Shown piece by piece: positions 12,264 to 26,700 of a DNA stretch of 64,000 bases; the first letter of the stretch is position 1; every line of letters begins with the position of its first letter. The DNA is from Zootoca vivipara. Lineage: Eukaryota. The stretch lies in assembly GCF_963506605.1 (NCBI RefSeq), contig NC_083277.1, forward strand, positions 86,180,001 to 86,244,000, read 5' to 3'. Made by a program: the position numbers and the translations under genes. The notes below the pieces were generated by a model. It was given only the letters and a program-made list of their open reading frames with translations, made no database searches and was not told the origin of the DNA.

Positions 12264-12901
12264 TGTTAGGATGCCGACAAGTCAGTGCGCTGAAGAGCAG
12301 CAGTCAGGGCCAGATGCAGCCGAGGTACGCAATCCAGGTGAAAGCCAGCAGTCAGGGTCAGATAAGGCCGAAGTACACTGTCCAGGTCAAAGCCAGCAGT
12401 CGGGTTCATATAAAGCCGAAGTACACAGACCAGGTCAGTCAGGAAGCCGAGGTCAGGGGAGCCAGGAGTCAAAATGCCGAAATCAGGAAGCCGGGAACAG
12501 GGTTGGTCAGGAGTCAGAATACAGGAATACACACACTATGAGTGTTTCAACTTATGCCTTCAAACACGGCAGTTGCAGACACTGATTGACTCTTATCTTG
12601 CCTTCTCTTAAGTATCTGACTCACTCCCACGCTTTCTACGAGCTGCAGCTGTTTCTAATGGCATCTTTCGTTTTTCCGCTCGGCATTGTAGAGCTGTGAA
12701 TGGGGTGTGTGTGAGGAGGCTGGCTGGTCCCCTCCCTGACTGGGGCCTGCTTCTGACTCAACTTCTCCCTCTTCCTCCTCTTCTGAGGAGTGCCTCCACC
12801 AGTCTTCCCCCAGCATGAATTCCTCACATTCCTCTGTGGGTGCCACTTCGTCAGGGGGGCTGTGCCACCACTCTTCCCCCTCATCTGTCTCAACCCTGAC
12901 A
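12264..12901. mobile_element. Solo LTR (Gypsy-like) with 48-bp tandem repeats
   Basis: TGTTAGG...CCTGACA inverted termini; internal tandem repeat; no clean adjacent TSD. Confidence 0.65.
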
Positions 12902-14869
12902 CCTGTATTCTCCAGAGTGGCTGTCTTTTACTTTTGCGGGGGAGGGAACGCAGGTGATCTGGTCACATATCGCCTGATAACACATCTTTTGGGGCCATAA
13001 GTCAGAAGTTCTCAATACAGTACACACTTGGTCTTAGTAAATCTCCCCAAGTGCATTTAAGGGTACACAAACAGTCCCTCTGGGACAAACCACAGCTCAT
13101 GGGGGTGGGGTGGGAGTTTTTATAGTGCAAGAATGGATAGTTACTCCCCCTCCCCATGCTGCAGCTGCCCCCATGCTGCTTTTAAAAGTGAAAATCATAA
13201 TAATATGCAACAGTTCTGCAACCAAACAATGTTTACCAAAAAGCATATATTGGAGGAAAGTGTGCCTAAAAATGAATATATTTGCAACTATAACATACAA
13301 AGATGCATTACAGTAGGGAAAATTGATTGCAAAAATGTGATTAGTCAAAACTACATATAGAAATTAGTTTATTAGGGTAAATTCTGCCTAAAATGCTGAT
13401 GAGGTTTGACAAATATATTTTTAATGACAAATTGTAGCAAAATATAGGCAGCTGAATTTAAGAGTGGAAAAATGAAAAAAATGAGAGGATTGAAATTGAC
13501 AGAACTTTCCACTCCTACTTCTTAGAGTGATGAAAATTAAAACTTAATCCTGTTGCCTAGGCTGCTCACTGAAATGTTAATCCAAGTAGGCAGAGGAATA
13601 ACAGAGCTCTTACAAATGGTAACCTTTATAGTCTAACATACATTTAATGGTTAATGAAATACCTCTGCATTCATTATTGTGGGGCTATCACATTATCTCA
13701 ATGTACTGGCTACATTATGTTGCTTCTGAGAAAATGTCTCTACACACACATTATAATTTGAGGTGACTCCTCAGGAGTCAAGTGTTTACTGGGTACCATA
13801 AATGTCTCCAGTGATGAACTAGTTCTCTTTCCCTTTCTGTCTTCTAGGGAAGAGGGCCTGCCCAGGAGAGGCTCTGGCCAAGATGGAGCTTTTCCTCTTC
13901 ATTCCCACCCTGCTCCAGAACTTCACCTTCCAACTGGTTGCAAACCCCAATGAGGTGGACATGAATGCCATGTTTATTGATTGCAAAGGAGAGGGAAAGC
14001 ACCGCCTGTTACGAGCCATCAGACGTAAGAATGTGAAATGAGAAGGAAATCCATGATTCCAGAAATACTCAGATATCCAGAACTTTGTCTCCTTGTCTCT
14101 GTGTGTCTGTTTCTCTGTCCAAAAGCTTCAGAATTGTACCAGAGTGGAAAAGCGGAGGGTGTGGACTCTGCTGAGAGTCATCAAGTGTGACACACGGCAT
14201 TATGGTTATTCTAATCTTGGGGTTCTGATGTCACACAGCTCCTGCTGAGAGTCCTATCACTCTTTCCTTGCCTCTAGTGGACCATTCCAAAATCACAACC
14301 CTGACAATGCATTTTGAATACAGTGGTACCTCTGGTTAAGAACTTAATTCATTCCGGAGGTCCCACTGTATACAGTAAGCTTCATACAAGAACCCATACC
14401 TAATTTTCTTTGTTGCCTCTCTCACATGTAACCATAGATCAGCTTCTGGCTAGCAGTTATCTGTGAGCAAATAAACGCTTTATACTGAGTTAACAAAGTG
14501 AATGCTAATCTTGTTTGTCTGGTTTCAGTTGGAAGCTTAAAACTGCATACAGGTTGTTGAGATATTTCAAATGAGTCATTGGCAACAGATTATTGTTTTT
14601 TAATCTTACTGGATTTACCCTGGATTGAATTGAGGGGGAATATGGGTGGCATGTGTTGTGTGCAAAAAGAAAAAAGAAAAACTTGAATGCACGAGGAACA
14701 CTGATCCCACAATCAGAACCCAACTGAAAGCAATGAAAGCCTGTGAATGGACATGCCAAACAAATATAATACTTATCTCTCTCCTCTGCACCTGCTCAAG
14801 AGGCAGTACCCCAAATTCCTCAATTCTGTCTATTTAAATCTCTGAAGAAGAAAATAACTCTCTCTGTTT

Positions 14870-14965
14870 CAGTATATCTGAAGAAGTGTGCATGCACACA
14901 AAAGCTTATACCCAGAACAAACTTTGTTGGTCTCTAAGGTGCTACTGGACAATTTTTTATTTTAT
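14870..14965 (+). mobile_element. Penelope terminal fragment with mutated hammerhead core
   Basis: ctgaagaagtgtgcatgcacacaaaagcttatacc...ctctaaggtgctactgga; the GAAA core reads AAAA. Confidence 0.65.
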
Positions 14966-16290
14966 ATCTATATCTCACAGACAGGTAAGTGACAAGTGGT
15001 CAAAGGGGAAAAAAATTCGGAATTAGAGGAAACCAAGACTACTGTAGGGGGACCAGATTCCTTCATAAAGTGTGAACATGATTTAAAGTCATTTTCACAA
15101 AGACACAAATGGAATATGTAGTACAGGCTAGGAAAAGGCACAAATACATGGGAAAAAATGCCAGCATGGCTGAACAATAAACAAGAAGATGTGGAAAAAC
15201 TTGGCCAAAATAAATAAATAAATCATTTCATTTGTATGCTGCCTTCCCAAAGTTAAAACCATGCTCAAGGCAGCTTACAACGTACAAAAAATACATAAGT
15301 ACAAACATAACAAAAGTAGTCATAAACAATAAACAGAACATCAAAAAATATACAACCTGAACCTTTAAATAATAATAATGAATCCATTGATTTAGACAAC
15401 TATTAAGATATTTTAACAAAAATAGGTACAGTGGCTCTTCAGATCAAGTAGCATGTTTTGGTCTACAGGTAGATATCACTGGATGCCATTTTGAATCAAA
15501 ATGGTGGATGGAACCTTTCAAAAGTGCACTGATTGCCAGTAAAGGGTTGCTGTTGGTTTCTTAGAATTCCCAAGTAATGCCAGCAGTCCCCACTACCTGA
15601 TTGTAAGAAAAGCCAGTAAGAGATTTAAGATTTAAGAATAAACACTAGTAAGTAATAGTAACATGGTTTTACCCATCTCAAGGCTTTACAATAAAGTAGA
15701 ACACAGGTTTTAAAATATATAAATACAGCGTTTAAAACCACCCAGAGAAAGAGTAGGTCCGTTAGTTGACAAACGTGTGATAAAGAGAGCTTAAAGGGAG
15801 GCGGAAATAAATTCTACTTAAAAGTAAGCCAACTCTTTGCATCAGTCTTTAGGTGCTCAGCCATGTTCCCGTGGGTACCGCAAGCCATATACCACAGCAA
15901 TCTTGCAGCTGCCTACAAAAGGCAGACAGCTTTGGACTGAGTTCTGTGTCTTAGTAGCCAGCTACTGTTTCCTGCTGAAGAGTGGCTCCACATACCTCTG
16001 AAGCTATTGGTCTAGGAAAAAGTCTCCAAAGCCACTTCAAGGCAACCTGTTTATTGAACATTCACACTGATTTGTTTGCACAAAGATTGCTTGGAACCTG
16101 CACAATGCCCACTATTTGTTGAGCATTCATTTGGATTTTGTTTGCACAGAGGTTATGCAACGTCCACTATTTATTGAGCATTATATGAGTTTTCATCAAT
16201 TCATCACTACCTCACACTTCTTAGTGCATTTTCCTGTTACTTTCATACCTTCCAACATTCCTCTGATGAAAATAGGGAGTCCTATTTTTC

Positions 16291-16326
<36 letters not shown>

Positions 16327-17650
16327 CCCCACCCATCTGACTAGGTTGCCACTCTGGGCAGCTTGGAGGGTCTGCATTTTTCTTACTGCGAAAAAATATG
16401 AGTGGGTGTTTTTTTTCTTAAGTGAGCTTGCTGCAGAATAACACTTTAATCCACTTTTGCAGCCCAAACCTAAATGTGCTAATATATGATTGAATCTCTC
16501 GCACAGAATAGTGACCACCTGGAAGCAAACTAAATATGATGGAAATGTAGTAATAATGCAATAAGCACACAGACCTTATTACAGATTAGTGACTGGTTTC
16601 AAAACTGAACACAAAGCAGACAGTTGGAAGGAATTAATTGATTTCACAGTGTAAGGGATGTAAACAAGAGTGTGATGTACCAGAGGTCTCCTTTGCAATT
16701 ATTGCTACTGAAATAATTCATAAAATGATTTGAAGTCAGATGATGCCAAACTCCTTTAGAATGGTAAAATCCCAAGACTGGGAAGAGGGCCAAAAGGAAT
16801 TCCTCAAACTGAAAGCATAGAGAGATGAGACTCTGTGTGAATTCAAAGTGCTCCTCGTGGAGACAAAAACAGCACAGAAGACTGTGTGCTCAATTATAAC
16901 AAGTCTGATAAGTTTATTAGGAGAGAGACTCGCTGTTGAATGAGTTAAGTGGAAAATGTAGGCCAAGCACAGTGAAACAAATAGACGCCAGTTGAATATA
17001 ATGAGACTTACTTTTGAGTAAACTCAACATGTGTTAAACTAATGGAAACTTTGTATGGGTCACACTTCTGGTAAACGCACACAAGCAAAATGCACACAAG
17101 TAAACGCACACATGCTTGGCAGGGGGTTGGACTAGATGGCCCTTGTGGTCTCTTCCAACTCCATGATTCTATGAAAAGCACCTGGGAGACAAAAACAAAA
17201 CAAAACATGGTTCTTTCAAACAGACCTCCCCTTCAAGACCCACCAATATCCTCCCAAGATTTTGAGGGAGATGGCAACAGCTATTTACTCCCCAGGGCTT
17301 GGCACCCAGGAATTTAGGATTTCAAAAGGTCCTGGGTTTATTGGTAAATCCAACAGCCGTATTTTGTGTGCAAAATCTGAACCCGGAGCCATGTTTGACC
17401 TTTCTGTGTCTATCTTGATACATAAGCAGCTCTCCCCATCTATTAGAATCTATAAGGTATGTCAGCTGCAGGCAGTTTTGCCCCGGCAAGTTCTAGGAGA
17501 ATTATGGTACTAACTGTGTCTCCTAGGAGTTCTGAAAAATAACGAGTTCCACAAACAGAAAGCTGGTGCTGCTAGGCAGAGATTTAGGGTCATGGGGGGA
17601 GACTCTTAGGAAGCTGCTTGCTTGCCTTTGTCTGGTGGCCCTTGTGTCTG

Positions 17651-17654
<4 letters not shown>

Positions 17655-17720
<66 letters not shown>
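17655..17720. repeat. (GT)n(CTGT)n compound microsatellite
   Basis: Directly visible, just upstream of the acceptor of the FBXW10 first coding exon. Confidence 0.95.
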
Positions 17721-17721
<1 letters not shown>

Positions 17722-17741
17722 GTGTAACACAGGCTAATACA

Positions 17742-20700
17742 ATGAAGACCCGCCCGGTGGTGCAAGTGGCTCCACAGAACCTGGAAATTAAACTAGAGTA
17801 CTCTCCAGATCTGCGGTGTGAGAAGCAAACAGACTTGGTGCCTGTTTGCTATAAATGCAAATCCTGCATCTTGTCCTGGAAGGCTCTCTCCACCCGAGAG
17901 TGGTTTGTGCGGGCCAGCCAGATTTCTAAGGGGCAATTTTTGAAGGGGATCATAAAACGGTTCCAAAGCCAAGACCTCTTGAGGTATGCCTGGAACTTCC
18001 TGCAGTCCACCAATAGCAAGGATTTCACCTACAGCCGTTCCTGCGTCAGCTCCAGCTTCAAGGCATCTTCCACCTTGGACCGGGCACTTAATCCGAAGAA
18101 ACTGGAGCATGCAATGGAAGACCTCTGGAACTGGTTCTTAGATGCCAGTTTCTGGAGCAAAGCAAACTACCTCTTGCTTCTGCTGCAGATGTGCGACTCA
18201 CAGTTGTTGCTGATGGCTGCCAACCTGATTAGCATCCTCTTGAGCCAAGATGAGGCCACTTGCAAATTGGCGGACAACAAAACAGGTAATACTAATGCAT
18301 TAGGGGTTGAAGGTGATATCTCTGACTCTCAACCATACATCCCAGTAATGTGTGGAGGGGGAAATGGACAGTATCCTTTACTATTGTGCTAATCCTCATT
18401 GCATAGATCTGTGTGGGGCAGCCGGCATCCTGGTTGCCTGTGGTCAACCAGTGAAACTGAATGAACTGTCCCAGCTTACATTGCCCAAGGATCTAGTTAC
18501 ATTCAGAAGTTCATGTGAGGAGGTGGGTGTGGTGGGGATTCTCCAGATGCTGCTGGACTTCAATTGCCATCACCTCTGGGTGGGTCTGTTGGGAGTGGGA
18601 GTCCAATAACATCTGGAGGGCCACAAGTTCCCCATACCTGACCAGAGAGGACCATGTTAAGTGTACCTTGTAACTGCTCTTCCTTTGGTTGCAGACACCG
18701 ACTCCAATGAGCAAGGAACCTAGATATAGAATCATTTCCTGTGAAATGTTTGTCTCTTACTGTTTTGTTTTTTTCATTTTTTCTATCTCCTGTGTTATTT
18801 AAATCTTTCCAGCTGTGCCAGATGAAGATCAAACAAGCAAGGATGTGATTCCTCTCAAGAAGCAAGAGAAATCTATCTCCCAGGTTCAGAGCCACCTCAC
18901 ATCTCACACCTCTGGTTTGACCTCACGGATTGGTTCAGAGAAGAGTGACTTGTTTGGTATTATTTAATTCTAATTATCCATCCATCCATTTCCCATCCCT
19001 AATACAGTCATAGCTCTAGTTGCGTTACAAACACGGCAAACCCAGAAGTGTTTACTTCCAGGTTCGTCGGTTCGTCGCTTTGCGCATGCGCAGGAATGCT
19101 CTATCACGTCACACGCACGCACAGAAGCAGCGCTCTACTTATGGACTTTTTGGGGTGCAAACGGCACCCCAGAATGGATCGCGTCCATAAGTAAGAGGTA
19201 CCACTGTATGTATATATATATGCCACTTTTAATATGCAAAATTCATAATTATTTTTGGGTCAGCCAAAATGTCACAAAATAGTGGGCAAGCTTTCAGGTT
19301 CTCCAGAGTTCTCCCTTAGGCTAGAAGTTAAACTTGTGGTGGGGCTGGGAGCTGTTCACATCTCCCTTTTGTCAAATTACCCTAACCAATGCCACCCCTA
19401 TCACAAGAGCAGTGTACAACAAAGCTGATGCTGCCAACCCCACCAACCTCTGAAGCTGATCCAACAGACTAGACTTTGTCTTCCAGGCAAATGTCAATGT
19501 CTGTCTCTAACAGTGGCACCCCACTGGAGCAAAAGAGGTCCACACAGTATGAGCAGGTGGCTGGGTGGGGAACATATGGCAATGCCACTGTTAGCCTGAA
19601 CAAAACATGCTATGGCATTACTTAACTGCCTCCTTGTGATTTCAGCTCTGGTGGCAGTCTAGGCTCTCCAGCATAGCTTCTGTGGCCATGCTGGCCACCC
19701 CAAGGTCATGGTTGGGAAACTCCCAATCAGAAAGTTGAGATCAGCTTTCCCCGATCAAGTTATGTCAAGGCTTGTTGATGCACACAGATCATTTCCCCTG
19801 AGCTGCACCACCCTGCAGCTCTGGCGGACCATCCTGCTCTGCTCTTCTTGTCATTTCACCTCATGGCCCTTCCGGCAATCCTGTCCACCAGTTAGATAAC
19901 AACCAGAATCACAGTATCGAATGCTCTGCTGAGATCAGTGATAATCAAGACAGACCATTGGTCTGTTTAGCTCAGTGTTGTTCCCAGTAACCAGCAGCAT
20001 CTCTCCATGATTTCACACCAGGGTCTCTTCCAAGGTCTCTACTTGGAGATGCTGCAGATTGAGCCTGGGACCTTCTGCCTGTGAAGCAGCAGCTCTACCA
20101 CTTCTATGTCGATTCATGGCTTTTCATTGTTCTAGGACGCACATCTTGTTTGTAAATGATAGTAACTACTACCCAGTTGGCATAATGGAAATCTGGTGTC
20201 GCATAGTCCCTCTTGAGATGGTGGTGCAGCTCAGGGGAAATGATCTGTGTGCATCAACAAGCCTTGACATAACTTGATCGGGGAAAGCTGAGACACTGGC
20301 TATGCCACCTACAAAGCCATACATATAACATATGTATGAGGAGGTCCAATTGCTCAAAGGCACAGGCTGCATGTTCACTGCGGGGCTATAGAGGGCAACT
20401 TAAACTTCTTATCCTGCCCGTTCTTTTTATGGCCACTCTGTAATACTCCCTTGATTGGTTTTCTCATCCACTCCACAGGTCGTCTACGTTTGCACAGGTT
20501 TTGGAGCAAAGAGTCAGATCATATGTCTGACCTGATCTCAGAGGACATGGATGAAGCCGCCAGCAGTTCTATCATACTGAATGTCGCGGAGCCTGTACCC
20601 ACCCATCCCACAAAGCCCTTCAAAATCAACAAGTTCAAAGACTTCATTCGATGTCTGCCCATCCACTTGTCCAAGTTCATATTGCGTAAGAACCTCTTGC

Positions 20701-23700
20701 CTTCCTCACAGTGCCAGATTTACATACACACAAGCTAAATCAAGCTACATTCCAGGGCTTCAGATTATGAGGACTCTCTAAATACATTCTTTTAAAAACT
20801 AAATTTAATCTTTTACATAATTGGTTAAAAAGGAGAACAGGGAAAGCAGACTCTACAATATACAATATTGCTGATATGACAACAATATACTTAATGGCTA
20901 CACAGTTATTTGTCATATTGAGTTCATTAATTTGTGCAAAAATAGCTATATTTTATATATTTTAAAAATCATAAGGTGTCCTTAATTTATCCATCACCAT
21001 TATTATTATTAGTTCCAGGTAGGTAGCCATGTTGGTCTGACGTAGTCGAAACAAAAAATAATAAAAAAAATTCCTTCCAGTAGCACCTTAGAGACCAACT
21101 AAGTTTGTCATCATCATCATCATCATCATCATCATTTATTCAATTTTTACACTGCCCTATACCCAGAGGTCTCGGGGCACTTCACAAACAAGACCACAAC
21201 ATATAAAATCAAACCATAAACAATAACCCAATACCCCCCCCCCCCCCGCAAAGAAAAAAGAACCACATTCTAAAAGGGTTCAGGTCAGGGCTTACTGAAA
21301 GATAAGAAGTTTTAGTTAGATGGTTAGTATTTTGTTATATCCTTACCTGTGCCACCACCATATATGCAAATATTAAACTTCGTTATTTCTATTCCCATGG
21401 CTTTTTCTGTTTTTTAAAAAAATGTTATACGGCCTCTTAAACCTGACAAAGCTTAGGGGCTTCAGCATGTCTAGTAAGTCCCTGAAGCAGCTTTCTAACA
21501 CTTTGCTTTTAGGAAGCAACAGAGCAACAAGCTTCTCTTTGTGATTCTCTAGGAATGCTGGACATGAAATCCTTGAATAGATGCGCCCAAGTGAGTGCAC
21601 ACTGGGACTTCCTAGTCAAGCTAATCAAGAAGGATATGATATCAAAGCGTACTCTCCAAAGTGAGATTGCATTCCTGCAGGTACTGTCGGATTTTCCCCA
21701 ACCCTTGTAGTTTGTTCAGGGTAATGGGCATTGTAGCTCTTTGAGGGGCAAACTACGGTTCCCAGGATTCTTTGGGGGAAATAATGTGCTTTCAATGTAT
21801 TGCGTATCTGCAGTCATAGTGTGTGGAGTGCAGCAGTCAGTAAGGATGGACCTGCCCACCCATGCAGAGGCCAAGCAGTACCTTGCACCAACTGCAGCCA
21901 TTTTTGTTCTAACTTTTCAGTGTTTAATATATTTATCTAAATGACTTTGTCTTCTTTCTGTTGCAGGGGTCATGCCCTAAAGCAGCAAATTCCAACTATG
22001 CCAAAATTGTCAATGTTATCATTCCTCGCATAAACTCTGAAGGTGACATCATCCGATGCAAGAGCAAGCTAATAACACCTGCAAAGGTGCATTGTGGGTG
22101 TTATTCCTTTCTGGATTTTCTTGGATTGGGTTTGAGTAGGTGGTGGGAAATTCTCGGGCCCTATTCAGTTCTCTGCCATTGGTTGATTTCTCTGTTGACA
22201 CCTCACAGAGATAAACCATGCCTAGAGTATGGAAGTGTGAAGCTGTGTCCACCTGAAGCTATGTTCCTTCTTTCCCAAAGAAAGGAATAATAGCCCATGT
22301 GTGTACACAGCTTGCAGTGGGAGTCTGCGTACCTGTCTTGCCCTAGCACACTCTCCATACTGGGTAGAGGGGGCTTCTGACGATGGAAGTAATGGTGGAG
22401 ACAAAGCCCATTTCTGCCAGTTGAAGCAGAAGGCCACCTACTTCCTCGTTTGCCATTTTCTCATATCACCAGCCATCATTGCTCCTCATTCTGCTTTAAG
22501 GAGAACGAATACCTGCGCAAAGCTTATCATGGACAAGAGGTAGATACTGTCAAGTTGGAAGAACGGAATGTCTTCTGCAGTGGGTATAATGTCCGGATTC
22601 TAATGGACAGGTATGTGTACCTGGCAAGAAGTGCGTTTTGCCTCATTTCACCCTCCTTCCCCCCCAAAAAAAATCTCTAGGTGTGCCTCACAACCAATGT
22701 TCCACAGCATATGGGGCATTTTGTAAACCCATGAACCTCTGGTGATATTTTCAAAATAGTGAACACATACAGCTTTGTCCCCAGGAGCAGCAAGCGAAGG
22801 GAAACCTCTCCGTTTCTTTTATCTGCTTCCTGCCTCTGAATAAGTTGCAACAAGTGGTACAAGTAGGACGTGCATTCCCATAATACATGCAAGTAGTCCA
22901 TTCAGTTCCTTCATAGAGGCCAACAACACTTGGAAGAAACCAGATCTGGGCAGCCTGGCTTAGACATTGGGAAATAGTAAAAATGAATGGAAGTATGAAT
23001 GTTTGGTTAGTGTTGCTTCTGTTGCTACAAACAGGGATGTGGTGTGAGGGCATAGGAAGCTAAGCAGGTCTGGATCTGTTTACTGCTTGGATGGGGGACC
23101 TCCTGGGAATACTATATTAGCTGTCATGATGAATTCCACCATGGAATAAAGGCAGGATATGAAAGAAATAAGTCTATCAAAGAAAACCAGGTTCTCCCTT
23201 CAACTTTCGCTTCCTCTTCAGTTTGGATCCAAACAGAGTGATTCACTATGGTGGTGGGAAGCTGATGGCCACTGGTTCTATGGACCGGAAAGTCCGTTTG
23301 ATGGATGTGAATGAGATGCGCTTTGTCCCTCCTGTCTTTCTGGGACATGCTGGTAGCATCCGGGCTGTGTACCTCAATGAACAGAAAGGATTGCTTCTGA
23401 GTGGCAGCTATGATCTCAGCATCAGGTGAGCTGTGCTGACCCAAACATTTTTACATTGCATTTTTTGGGGGAAAGGCAAAATATGGAAGATGTTAAGGGT
23501 ACTTACAGCCCATTTAATTCAATGTCCCTTGAGTGCTTTGTTGCTGGTGGGACTTACAAATACTTCACATTGTATTATTATGCTCCTTGAGTCTAAAATA
23601 AGTTATGTACTTCCACAACAAGGATGAGAGCTCAGGAGTAATCTGTGGAGAGGTGCATTCCAGCACTGGGTAGAGCCATGGCAAATTATTATTATTATAT

Positions 23701-26700
23701 ACTATCCTTCATTCTCCAATTCCAGGGCACTTCACACAGTAATGAAATACAGAGCCACAGACTACAGAATACAACAGCAAATGAAATGGCAATGCACTTG
23801 CAACTCACTAGCAAAATTTCAAATAAATTGTTGGTGAACTAATTAGTTGGTGGCTCCAGTTCTTTAGGGAGTGTCAGCTTCTGAACGTTGTTAATTGAAA
23901 CCCAAAAAACATTAAAAAACAACAACAGTATTTGTTGTTACATTTTTACATTGTATTCCATAAGATATCATACCCATATCATCAAATTATTTAAACTTTA
24001 GTACATACTAGGGAAGCTATAAAACCTGGTACTAAAAGATTGGACAAGAAGATAGGGGAATGGAAGATAGGGGAATGGAATGTCAGAACTTAAAGCAATT
24101 TTCATGCACATATCTACCAATTCAATCCACCTTGGATCGGCCATTGCCACATATTGCCAATCCCCATACTAATTTGGTAGGCTACATAGTAGAAAAGGGA
24201 AAATGAAGCATTAACCCTAGCATCGTAATCCAAATAGAGAAAAACTGTGCAAAGCATACTGCTTCCAGATATTTATTCCCATTTGTTTGGTTGCACCCCT
24301 ATCTAGATATGCTTGAAATTTCAGTAACTCGTTACATTTTGGCTGTGTACACTCTTCTGTTTACTCACAGCATCTCATGCACTTCCGCTACTAGTGTGCA
24401 AAGCAAGGTATACACCATGTTGGCCACAATGCATATCTATTCTGTTGTTTCTTGAGAAATGCTGCATTTTGATGCAATTTCCCCTAAACCCGCTTTGATC
24501 CAAATTGATGGGGGAAACAGCCTAGCTATGTTTTAAGCTGGTAACATACATGCAACTTCAGTGTTTATTTCTTCTCATCCTCTTGATCTGTATCTTTTAG
24601 AATGTGGAATATCCTCACTGGGGCATGTGTGAAAATTTTTAATGGTCACACAGCAAGCATCACTTGCTTGGATTTGTATAAGAGCAAGTTTGTGTCTGGA
24701 TCCAAAGACTGCACAGCAAAAAGTGAGCAAAAAGTTGCCTGTCTCCCAGGGGAATACGGGAAAATCTACATACTATAGTTAAATTTAAACTTTGCAGCAT
24801 GAAAGGGTAAGCAATTGTAATGCAGGACTATGATCACATCGGCAAAATACTTTTAAAGCAGAACCATACCACTTTAAACAAACATGGTTTCCCCCAAAGA
24901 ATCTTGGGAACTGTAGTCATCAGAAGGCTCCTATTAGTGCTGTGGTCTAAACCACTGAGCCTCTTGGGCTTGCCGATCAGAAGGTTGGTGGTTCGAATCC
25001 CCGCGACAGGGTGAGCTCCTGTTGCTTGATCCCAGCTCCTGCCAACCATTACCTAGCAGTTCAAAAGCGCGCCAAGAAGTGCAAGTAGATAAATTGGTAC
25101 CACTCCAGAGGGAAGGTAAACAGTGTTTCTGTGTGGTGCTCTGGTTGCAGTGTTCCATTACACCAGAAGTGGCTTAGTCATGCTGGTCACATGACCCGGA
25201 AAAACAGTCTGCAGACAAACGCCGGCTCCCTCGGCCTGTAAAGCGAGATGAGCGTCGCGACCCCAGAGTCGTCTGCGACTGGATTTAACTGTCAGGGGTC
25301 CTTTACCTTTTATTGCAAAATAGCAACATGTTGCAGTGCATCCTTAATACAGTCATACCTTGGTTCTCAAACGGCTTAGTTGCTGAACAAATCAGCTCCC
25401 GAATGCCACAAACCCAGAAGTAAGTGTTCCGGTTTGCAAGTGTTTTTCGGAAGCCGAATGTCTGACGTGGCTTCCACTTAAATGCAGGAGGCTCCTACAG
25501 TCAATCGGAAGCTGCGCCTTGGTTTTCGAACAGTTTCGGGAGTCGAATGGACTCCCGGAATGGATTAAGTTTGAGAATCAATGTACCACTGTATCTAACA
25601 GGAGTGTTCCAGTTCAAGGTACCAATCATGCCTTCCTCCATAAGTTGCAAGGGGTTCAAGCAAGACTGTTCAAGCATACAGTTTTCCATTTTTCCTCTCC
25701 AGTGGACACTCAGCATTTTGGCTGAAGGCCGTTAAGGCTGCTCAGTCCTCATTGGGATATTCTTTTCTGCTTCCAGAGCAAGTCCCGGGGGTTGCTTGGT
25801 CACCCTACCGGTCTCAGGAGGAAGGGGACTGAGTGGCTTTTTGGAGCAGATGTTGCTGCTAAATATGCTGCCACCTTTTAGAGACCTTTTTTTTGCAAGA
25901 GAGTACTGTTCATCTCCCAGCCTGTCTGTGTCTTTGGCAAGGTCTCTGAGATCCTGCACTCATCACTTCAGCTGAATGGCACCAGGAGACTGCTCAGGGT
26001 TGTGATGGAAATGAATTAACGGCATCGTTTTGTGTTTTTCACAGTGTGGGATATAGAAACTGGAAAGTGCATTAAGACTTTCTCGCACAAAGCTATTGTT
26101 TGGGCTGCTAAGATGAATGAAACACATGTCGTGAGTGCCTGCGATAAGGGCGTAGTGAAAGTGTGGCATGCTGAGACATGTGTACTGATAAAGGTAAGAC
26201 TTATAAAGCAGTGGCTGACTCTGAAAAGGTTGTCAGCTCAGTATGTGGCACCAAGCAACACATTTAAGGTGGAGTCAGAGCAGTGGTGGGGAAACTCAGG
26301 CCAGGGGGTGGGTGAGCGGGAGGCTAATATGGCCCTCCATACTTCTCTACTGCTGTTGCCAAAGGTTTGTATGCAAACAATGGGGCTCTATCTTCCTCGG
26401 GAACACAGAGAAAGGTCAGGGAGACCTTTCAAGCTTCTTTGGCATTTCATGAATACAGGGATAGCAAAGGGGCTAACCTATGCAAGCGTCAAACAATCAG
26501 AAGAGGGCTGGCTTACAGTGACTACTCATTCAGAATAAAATATGGGAACTGTTACTGGCAGCAGGGGTTTTCTAGGCAGCAATAGGAATTTAGGGTGCAA
26601 CTTCACCAAAAGTGGTTGCTAATTGCAATATATTATGTCTGTGACACACTCATAGAATTTTGAATGTTTGGTGAGGCAAACCTTCTCTGTGAGAAAGTCT

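Larger units (their letters stand above)
11284..14041 (+). pseudogene. CYP2-family pseudogene: frameshifted exon 1 (11284-11459) and exon 9 (13848-14041); exons 2-8 absent
   Basis: Exon 1 encodes a signal anchor plus PPGPT, then LFLGNLLQ...FPK in a shifted frame, ending at a GT donor. Exon 9 reads [18 protein letters not shown]...* after an AG acceptor. No CYP exons are recognisable in the 2.4 kb between. AATAAA at ~14470. Confidence 0.85.

Noticed and set aside
11762-12585. Repetitive ORFs (QQSGSDKAEVHSPG)n
   Set aside because: Translation of the 48-bp tandem repeat within LTR sequence; no splice or homology support.
17658-17741. N-terminal extension MCVCVC... of the FBXW10 ORF
   Set aside because: Microsatellite upstream of an AG acceptor at 17731-17732; the plausible start is ATG 17742.
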